64,000 nucleotides of DNA, taken from Lama glama (Eukaryota). Of this stretch, positions 55,427 through 64,000 are shown one piece after another. The DNA lies in contig CM052816.1 in the NCBI GenBank assembly GCA_028534125.1, positions 19,344,001 through 19,408,000 of the forward strand, given 5' to 3'. The notes beneath the pieces were generated by a model. It worked only from the letters and a program-made list of their open reading frames with translations. It did no database searches and was not told the DNA's origin. Each line of letters starts with the position of its first letter. Within the stretch, counting starts at the first letter, position 1. A program made the translations under genes and the position numbers.

Positions 55427-56149
55427 CTGCCCCAGAGCCCCCAGCTGCCCTGCCCTTTCGCCTCCTCATGCGTCCTGAAGGAAGGGCCTGCCCCTCGGAG
55501 GCTGCTTGAGGAGCTCGGCTGTGTGGCTGATGCAGCCTGCTCTCTGAGTAAGCGCCTGAGCCTGCTGGGAGCCACCCAGGCCCACAGGTAGCCCCAGGTC
55601 CCCACCCCTTCCCCAGGGGCTCTTGGCAGGCCCACGTTCCATACCAGAAACTTCTCCCATCAGCCAGCTAAGTCTCCTCGTATCTGGCACAAGGTTGGGC
55701 CCCGGGCCCAGTCATCCATCCACAGGGGTCCGGACCACCCAGCCTCCCATCATGGGCACAGCTCCTCACAGATGACCCTGCCGTATGCATCTTCCTGAAA
55801 CAGCAATTTCAACAGCTCGCTGCCCTGCTGCAAGACTTCCTCTAGCTCCTCAGTGCCTAGAGCAGTGATGGCCAAACTGTGTTCCCCAGAACTCTGAGGC
55901 CCCTGGGAATGGGGGGGAGACAGTCTGAAGGGCAGGTGAAGGGGGATGTGAGACGCCCCAAACTGTTCTGCCTTCATAAATCCAAGAGTTCACTTCAACA
56001 AAGGGATCTTCCAATGAACAAGAAGTGTGAATATTCTGGCATAAAAAAAAGTCACAGACAAGTGACAAAACTCACCACAGAGTCCCCTCCCCTCACACCT
56101 CACCTCCCCCAGCAGCATCAGTACTTTTGCGTCTATTGGTGTGATTGAT

Positions 56150-56304
56150 TGTAGGAGTCACATCTGTCTCCCTCTACAGGCTGTGAGCTCCATGACAGTG
56201 GGGACCATGTCAGTTTTGTTCCTACCTTGGAACCCCAGAATCAAATGTGGTGACCGACACTTTTGAATGGATAACTGGACGAATGAATGAATGAATGAGT
56301 GAAT
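56150..56304 (+). mobile_element. L2 LINE 3' terminus with (GAAT)n tail
   Basis: ctgtgagctccatgacagtggggaccatgtcagttttgttc...gaatgaatgaatgaatgagtgaat. Confidence 0.8.
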
Positions 56305-56317
56305 ACTCCCTCCCTCC

Positions 56318-56319
<2 letters not shown>

Positions 56320-56349
<30 letters not shown>
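56320..56349. repeat. (AC)15 microsatellite
   Basis: Perfect dinucleotide run. Confidence 0.95.
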
Positions 56350-56351
<2 letters not shown>

Positions 56352-56652
56352 GCCCCAGGTCACCTCCCCAGCCCCTCAGCACACTGCCCATAGCACATAT
56401 CTGAGATCTGCACTTTCTGGGACCCCAGCACACCCACACTGGAAGTGTTCTGGGGAGGGGTGGAGTTGAGAGTTCTCACTCAACTCCTCTCCTCAGATCC
56501 TGCCCATCTCAGGGCTGGACCTGTCCGAGGTGCTAGCAACACTGACCAGGCACTGGTCATCCGAGCCAATGAGTGGTGGTGCAGCGCGGGTCAGGGGCAC
56601 CCTGGGGTCTGTGTGTCTGTAAGCCCCTCCTCAGCTTCCTCTCTGCTCACTG

Positions 56653-56683
<31 letters not shown>

Positions 56684-56685
56684 CC
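56653..56685. repeat. (CTGC)8 tetranucleotide repeat
   Basis: ctgcctgcctgcctgcctgcctgcctgcctgcc. Confidence 0.95.
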
Positions 56686-57479
56686 GTGGGAGCACCCTCC
56701 TTCAGCCCACAGGTTCAGCCCAGTGTAGGGGAGCCACATATACTTGTACAAGCATGGAGCCATGGGCATTTACAACAGAAAGGCCAAGTCTTCCCTGACT
56801 ACCCACACTCACCCAGCATCACCCTCAGCGGATGATCCCCCATGCGCTCAGAGCTTCTTGCTCCCTCTAAGCTCTATGAGGGCCAATCAGGAAAGTATTG
56901 GGGTGCCTCACATCCAGGGCTCCTACCTGAGCCATTCAAGCTCCCATTCAACAAACAAAAACCTACTATGCACCAGGCACTCTCCATCCAGCCCCTAGCA
57001 TGGTGCCCACGGACAGTAGGCACTCAGTTCTCCTGCCTGCTGCAGCAGCTGCTCCCCAGACAACTTCTCTGGACCAGGAAGCTGCATCTGGGCATCCTGA
57101 CAACCAGCTCAGCTCAAGCCTTCACATGCGTGTGTGTCTTTATGTGCCAGCAAGAGGCTCCAAGGGCCTGGGAGATACCATCAGGGAGACACTTGGATCT
57201 GTGTAGTGCACAGTGATTCACAGCCGGAGACATCCCTCCCCAGGCTACTGCTGAATTATCAGCCCCACCATCTTCAATTACGAGGCTTGTCACTCATCTG
57301 CAGTCATCAGAAGGAAGTCAGTAAGGAGATTAATGTCTTTTTAAAAACTGCTTTCATCCTTTAAAAGGATTCCTCCATAGATGCCATTTGTATTTCTAAG
57401 AGGAAAGTCTTCTTACTCCCTCAGCCATCTCTGATCACATTAACTCTCCCAAGGCCTTCCAGGGCTGTGAGGCCACGCA

Positions 57480-57720
57480 GAAAGCAAGAGTGTCGAGCTT
57501 GAGAGCCTGTCTACATAGGTTCAAATCCTACCTCGTATGCTGACTGACTGTGTGATCCTGAACAGGTGACTTACCTTTCCTGTGCTGCATTCTCCTCATC
57601 TGTAAGATGAGGGGGTAACCACACCTACCTCTAGGCTTGTGGGAAGATTCAATGGGCTGATACGTTGTAAGCACTCGGTACAGTGCCTGGTACACGGTAT
57701 GTGCTTGATAAGTCTAAGCC
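57480..57720 (+). mobile_element. MIR SINE, near full length
   Basis: ggttcaaatcct...ctgtgtgatcctgaacaggtgacttacc...ctcctcatctgtaagatgaggg...tgtaagcactcggtacagtgcctggtaca. Confidence 0.85.
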
Positions 57721-57859
57721 GACACTGTTTGCTAACATTATCTCATGTCAAGTGGGAATAGACCCTCCCACTTGCTTTGTTGGCACTCATCAATGGCTCG
57801 TCTCTGTGTGACAACACTGAATAGCTGTTTACAGAGAATCATGCCAGGAATGCAGAGGA

Positions 57860-58370
57860 AAGTTACCAAGGCCCAGTGGAAGGAGTGGGCACAACACTAA
57901 GAATATGAGACACAAGACATCGTTATCACTGGAGAAAGAGTGACCTGGGAGGTCATGCTGGTGCAGGCATATCAGACCATAAGACATTTGAGTTTTGAGG
58001 GTTGAGTAGGAGTTTATCAGCTGAGTCTTACCCAGTCTTACCCAGTCCAACGCAGGTGTTCCATAAATAGCTAGTGACTAAATAGGGCAGAGTAGAAGGG
58101 CATTCCAGCCCAAGGGGACTGAGGATTTACAGTGTGACGGGACATGGTTCAGCCAGAGCAGGAAGTTTATAGGCATAAAAGCAAAAAAAAAAAAAAAAAA
58201 GTCGAGGTCAAATTGAGAAAGGTCTTGAATGCTATACTCAGGGGTCTTGGCTTTATTCATAGGCCAAGCCAGAGGAGGAATGACAAATCACAGCTGGGTT
58301 TAAAAAGATGGCTTGATCTGCAAAGCAGGTGACACAAGACTGAAGACAGTAGACCAGGGAGGAGTTATGG
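57860..58370 (-). mobile_element. L2 LINE fragments with an internal A18 run
   Basis: gacatttgagttttgagggttgagtaggagtttatcag...gggcattccagcccaagggga...ggtcttgaatgctatactcagg. Confidence 0.6.
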
Positions 58371-59149
58371 CAGCCCTGTCTTCACTCAGCCTAGCCCTGA
58401 TCTCCATTTGCCCTTGAACTTTCTTCCTGGTAGAGGTGCTCTCAAGTTCACATCCCCAGAGACCCCATACTCCCAGCTATTCTGGTTAAGGACATGGTGC
58501 CCACAGCTGCCTGCTATCAGAAGGGCCCTCAGCCAAGACCTTTTGGGGAAATTTTCTCGTCTCCATGCAAGTCCCCAACTGACAGATGGAACTGGGCTGA
58601 GAGACAAGTCCTAGCCATACATTGGAGAGCCCTGATGGCAGGCTGGCCTCTGGAATTCCAGAGAACTGACTTTTCAGCACTCAAGGCCTGTGGCCCTTAC
58701 TTCTCCCACACCGGTCCTAGGTGCCTCCTTCCCCTCTGTTCAGACGAGGGATCCTGGCTAGCAGATTTCTGCCCAAACTCGGGTTGTGATGTTCTGTGTC
58801 ATGGACACCTGAGAATCCCCCTGTGGCTCAAGCTGTGCTCTGACCTCACCAGCCTGGCAGAGATGCTGCCAACACTGCCGACACCACCCTGACCATCTGC
58901 CCGGTGGCTGGGGCCACATTTAGGCAGCTGCCCCGGCAGGCACTAAAATTAGGTGACCCATCAGACCTAGGACATGGTGATCATGGGCAGACTGCCAAAG
59001 CTGCCCAGAGGGTCACTCCTCCCTGCCCAGCACTTGAGCCAGGGCAGAACAAGAGCAGTCCAGCATCCCCTTTTACGTCCAGGGAAACTGAGGCCTACAG
59101 AAGAACAGGGACCACTAAGGGGTGGGAATTGGAATTTTTGTTTAGTCCT

Positions 59150-59700
59150 TTAGGATTGTCCCTGAGGATGAAAAGTAATGCATGCCCCTAGTAGAAATGT
59201 AAAATATATTCCGTGAAGAGATGAGAATGAAAAAGCCACAATCCCAACATCTGCGCTAACCTCCACTTATCATCTAGTGTATCTCCCTCCTTCATTGCAG
59301 ACGGTTTTACACAACAGAAAACACGCTTCACGGACAATTTGTAAAGTGTTCCCTTGCTCTACTTAGAATCATTTTGACAAACCATTAAAATTCTTTACAT
59401 ACATCAATTTGAATCAATGTACAACATTCCATTGTATTAATATGCCAGAGAAATCCCCCACTGTTGTAGTTGTTTCCCCTTCTGTGCTGTTATAAGTAAC
59501 ACTGCAGTGAACACCTAGGTACATGAATCTTCGTCCACATCTATGTTGACCTCCTCAGGATGAACTCCCAGCAATGTGCCAGGAAGTCTCTTGTGAATGG
59601 GTCACAAGAGAAGCACACGCTCAGGCTCTTAATATAGACTGCCTCCTCTTTTCCAAAAAGCCACCCCACACATCCCTCTGCCAGCTCTAGCCACGCTCCT
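59150..59700 (-). mobile_element. Ancient L1 (L1ME-like) 3' region
   Basis: cattccattgtattaatatgcca...tccccactgttg...ttgtttcc...tataagtaacactgcagtgaacacct. Confidence 0.7.
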
Positions 59701-59859
59701 TCCATCCACAGTCTGCTCATTTCTGTGATCATTTCTCTCCAAGGAAGTTTGTGTCTGTAACGCATACCTGTCTAACACTGCAGACAAACGTTATCTGTTC
59801 AGTGCAACACTCACCCATGGTTCCTTTTTTCCTAAACTAACTATAGCATCCAGGAGACA

Positions 59860-60410
59860 CAGGAAGTAATCAAAGACTCAGAGACTCAGAGTTACTACTC
59901 CTGTGCCTGTGGGCCTTAAATTAGGGGTCAAAGTGAACCCCATTGATCACGCCCTTCCAAACAGCCTCAATGACCTCTCCTACCCTAGCTCACCTCCCTG
60001 CACACATCCAGGAAACAATTCTCCTGAGTGATGCTGTCCATCCCCAACAAGGTTAACTGATGACCCAAATTATGACACCAGACCTGAGACAGCAACCCAT
60101 AAAGCAACTTGGCCAAGAATCAAATTACCTTTGCGTTTTCCAGCAGAGAAACTAAACTCCAGGCGCAGTGTAAAAAGGCTGTCTCTGGTCTGACGTCAGC
60201 CCCGCTGCCAGCAAGTTATGGATGGCACTGCCGGACCACCCGTCATAAATACAGTCCCTCGGCTAAACAAAGCCGACAGTTTTGTGCCAATAACCTTTGA
60301 ACCACTCAAGCCCAGTGTCAATTGTATTTGTCTTCAAGCTGAGGTTTACTCTAGACTGTTTGCTAAATCAGGGCTCATCTGCAGAGATAATTCAAATATA
60401 TTACAGGCAC
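59860..60410. promoter_or_regulatory. Candidate multi-input enhancer
   Basis: CTGACGTCAG 60190-60199, GTCATAAA 60242, TAAACAAAG 60264, CCTTTGAA 60294, CCACTCAAG 60302, TGTTTGCT 60357. Confidence 0.45.
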
Positions 60411-60559
60411 CAGACAGACACGCAGGCCTCCTACCCCTGCTCCCAGGCCTCCCCCACACAGCCTCACGAGGGTCTCCACCACAGCAGCCTGCACGCTGCA
60501 CATTCCCCTAAACACTCAGCAAGTTTTACCAGGAACAAACAAGAAACGAGGGGAAAGAA

Positions 60560-60730
60560 GTGACACTGAGGCCAGGATTACAATCCCGGCTCTGCCGCCA
60601 GCCCTCTGTGCCACACCAGCAAAGTCACCTGAGCACGTGAAGCCTCTGCTTTCTCCTGAATGAAGGGTGTATCTATTCTCCTGGAAAATGGGGTACCTGT
60701 TTTTAGAGGACTGTTCATGTATCAAATCAG
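60560..60730 (+). mobile_element. MIR SINE, degraded
   Basis: aatcccggctctgccgcc...aagtcacctgagc...tctattctcctggaaaatgggg. Confidence 0.55.
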
Positions 60731-61416
60731 GCCACATGAATCAGCTCTGGAAAGTGGTAACCCAGGAGGAGCAGACATGCAGAATGAGCTCCCAGCATCA
60801 CGCAAGAGATGGACAAACAGAGAGCAAAACTCTTCAAATGCTGCTGGGCTGAGGATCCACCAATGTGGAGACTCCCTGGCCTGATGGGGTGGGTTCTAAG
60901 TGGAGATGATATATAAAACATAGCTACATTTTAACAGAAAGCGATACAACACAGAGACTTGCCTGTGGCCAGCCCACCAGAAGCTGGGCTAATCTGTGCA
61001 AAGAGCATTTTGTGAGTGCTTCGCGTCTTGCCAAGCACTGAGCTGCTGCCAGGGAGACAGGAACTCAGGAACTGGGCGAGTTCATGTTCCCACAGCCAAG
61101 GGTCCTCGCACATCCACTCAGGCCACCCCTCACCCAGCCACCTTCAAAGGCTGGAGCCCTCTCAGCTATGACCCAGAGTCTCCAGTGCTTCTCACCATCT
61201 AGGGGGCTTCACCCAACCTCAGCCACAAGCCCCGCTGCTGGTAGGAACCAAAACACCCCCAAGGAGGAAGCAGTAAAGGCCCAGGAAACTACTGCACTCT
61301 GCTTCCACTCGAGACTATGAAGTTGGGGGTTTGACAGGTAGGGAGTTTAGGACGGGAGGACTGTGGTATTGAGGGCTATGTTTTAATGACCATGAACCTC
61401 TTTTGAAAAGGAGTGA

Positions 61417-61531
61417 GGGGGTGGATGTAGCTCAGGGGTAGAGTACATGCTTAGCATGCACTAGGTCCTGAATTCAATCCCCAGGACATCCGTTAAAAAA
61501 TAAAATAAAATTTATTAAAAGAAAGAAAAAA
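61417..61531 (+). mobile_element. Camelid tRNA-derived SINE (Vic-1-like), short form lacking the 3' module
   Basis: A-box tagctcaggggtagag, atgcttagcatgca, B-box aattcaatccc, A-rich tail; TSD gaaaaggagtgag (61405-61417) / gaaaaggaatgag (61532-61544). Confidence 0.88.
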
Positions 61532-63385
61532 GAAAAGGAATGAGAAGAAACTCAACCAGGAAACCCCTGTAAGGACTGGGAGGGGCAAAGAGAGGACACA
61601 GCTGTGTTGTGGTTAACAGAGTCCCCAGGCCAGTCAGGCACCCAGCATCAATCTGTAAAATGGGAAAAATATTTTCTGCCCAAAGACTCAGTGCAAAGAA
61701 CAGACAAAAGGGGAACTGCGAAGCCTTCCACATTCTGAAACACACACCACGAGCAGGAGGGATTGTTGCTGTTATTATGGTTAGAAGGCTATGCTTCCTC
61801 CACACCAGTGAGGGGACAGAGACCCAGATCCTGCTCCCAACTCCACCTCTAACTGCTGTGAGACCTCAGGAAAGTGCCTCCCACCACCCCTGGGCCTCAC
61901 AGTGACTTGTACAAGGCAGTCTCCAAAGTCCGTTCAGCTCTGATGCCATAGGATGGATTCTGTGATGGGGTCAACTATGGAGGCCAGCCCCTGGCAAGAT
62001 ACCCCCTCCCAGAGGTCAGCTTAACCCCCTCCCCCATCAGTTTGATGGGAGTTGGAGGGGAGGTGTTGGCAGAACCAGGGTCAGAGACGTCACCATCACT
62101 CACCTTTGAGAGCCTCAGTCCTATCTGGGGATGCAGGGACCCCTCTGGTTTCCACGTCTCATCTCTGTGGCACCTGGGAGAAGGGAGTGTGGGGACCCCT
62201 CTACCACCCCCGTGCCTGGGGAACAGAAAGAGCAAAGCGGCAGCACATGTGCTGAGAGGGGAAGGCAGAAGACATTTATAAATGACCCTCTTAGCTGTTT
62301 ACGAGACACCTTCTGAGAGAAAGCAGAGGAGGAGAAATAAACTTGAAGTAGGGAGACCTGGCTGGTGTCTGAGATGTGCTTTGATAAGCCAGCTATGCCA
62401 GTATTTCTTCTGTTTTTATGGCCACCTTTACAGCCCTGTGTTTGGGACCCTTTATCAGGGTCCGGAAGGAGAGACCGAGCAAGATCCAAGGCAAAGAGCC
62501 TTCCCTGGCAACTCTGTGAGCAGATCCCACCTCCTCTGGAGATCAAGATAACCTATTTTCCTCCCAGTCCAGGCAGCTGTCCCCCAGATACCCAGATCTT
62601 AGAAACGCCTTCAGTGTAGGCTGGGCAGCCCTAGCCTGATGCTGAAGGTGCCAGACACGGGGCAGAGGCCAGGTGAAGGTGTGGGGCAAGGTAACAACAC
62701 CAGCTTAGACTGCTTTGGGGGAACTGCTCTTGGCTCACAGTGGAGAATGACAGGTAGGATAGGGTCCTGTGGGGAGACCAGACAAGAAGGCCAGTGATAA
62801 GGCCACGGCAGGGGGAACGCCCAAGGATCTGGCTCACTCAGGGCTGCCTGCAGTGTCAGCTGTGTGGACAGAGAGCCTGTCCTCCAGCAAATCCATGTGG
62901 CCAGATCATTTCACCCACTGAGACTGGCTTCTCAAAGGCATCCAAGAAACCCAGACCCCCCAGAGCCACAGCCACCCGAGGCCTAGAGGCAGGCGCCTGC
63001 TGCTGGGCAACTCGGGCACCTCCTAGTGCAGACACCCCAAGCGTGCCTCTCCTCTGCTCAGACGACATGACACCCAAGCCCTCACTTTTGAGGTAACTGT
63101 GAAGGGAAAACTACATGCTTTCTCCTCCCCGTCCCCCTCTAGGCACAGCTCAGCCCAGCTGCTCCACACTCTCCTAGGACTGTGCTAGCAGCCACCAGCC
63201 ACAGCCCCGAATGGGCTCCAGCACAGCTCAGAACATGCTCTGAGTTCCTTGACCCAGCAACTCTTATCTCCCCTTCCAATGCCCTTGCCCCTCGCCCTCC
63301 CTCCTTTCCAAGGGAACCCCCACAGCTCCTACTGTGCTCTGCAGGGACATACCCTCCATCCCCCAAGCAGAACCCCAACCTGGCT

Positions 63386-63620
63386 TCTTTTTTTTAAACA
63401 TTTGATTTTTAAATAATATAGATTCACAGAAAGTTGCCCTTACAGTGCAGACAGGCCTGTGCACCCCTCCCTACTTCCGCCATGGTTGCATCTTCCATTA
63501 CTGCAGCACAATGCAACGCCAGGAGACTGACGTTGCTATAAAGTGTGTGTAGTTCTGTCATTTTATCACATACATGAAATCAGCACCAAAATCTAAATAC
63601 TGAACTGTTCCATAAACCCA
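63386..63620 (-). mobile_element. L1 3' terminus (L1MC-like)
   Basis: T-run then atttttaaataatatagattcacagaaagttgc...catggttgcatctt...gtgtgtgtagttctgtcattttatcaca...tgaactgttccat. Confidence 0.75.
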
Positions 63621-64000
63621 ATCTTTGAGATGGCTTTCTTTTTTTAAGTACATACAATAAAACTTTTTAAAAAATCAAATCAGGGTGGGGAATGGAGGCT
63701 GAATTCAAGACATTTAGCATCAGACACCCAGGTCGAACAGTCCACACTTGAGCAAAGAGGCTGGGGGCAAAGGGGGACCTAGCTTCCCTTTCCCACTCTC
63801 CTGCCACCTGGCCCCACCCCAGGGTCGCCAGAGAGTGGAGGGCAAGACCGAAGTGTGAGCAGGCATCACGGAACCCACACACATGGACCCAGAACCCAGC
63901 TGCACTAAGGCCAGGACCCTGCACTTCTCCATGCCCCACCACAGGGTGAGACACCATCCTTCCAGGAACTCAGCTACCACCCAAGTCCCCTCTTCTTCTC

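Noticed and set aside
1-64000. CRISPR arrays, operons, intact transposases or retroviral ORFs, processed pseudogenes, snRNA/rRNA copies, and a named host gene
   Set aside because: None seen. The DNA is mammalian non-coding sequence with only decayed repeats, and no exon is available to justify a gene symbol.

Overview
Mammalian nuclear genomic DNA, very probably from a camelid (camel/llama/alpaca): four copies of a young tRNA-derived SINE with intact target-site duplications match my recollection of the camelid Vic-1 family. I could not identify any protein-coding exon, structural RNA gene, CRISPR array or prokaryotic element. The ORF track looks like chance ORFs in GC-rich non-coding DNA, except for one decayed HAL1/L1 ORF1 remnant at about 35.0-35.2 kb. 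The window carries many ancient repeats (MIR, L2, L1M, HAL1, MLT1 LTRs, hAT MER elements), interspersed with AT-rich, repeat-free islands dense in developmental transcription-factor motifs. It reads as a large intron or regulatory landscape, and base skew plus L1 orientation suggest a host transcribed on the minus strand; I cannot name the gene. There is one round 500-N scaffold gap and six irregular 131-196 nt N-blocks. The six blocks sit in repeat-free, motif-rich flanks, which suggests that conserved non-coding cores were hard-masked rather than left unassembled. The best functional lead is a CpG-rich tandem-ETS element at about 41.4 kb followed by a consensus minus-strand splice donor, a candidate internal promoter and first exon. 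No previously undescribed system can be demonstrated from the sequence alone. Repeat family names are from memory of consensus sequences, repeat boundaries are approximate, and all motif calls are by eye.
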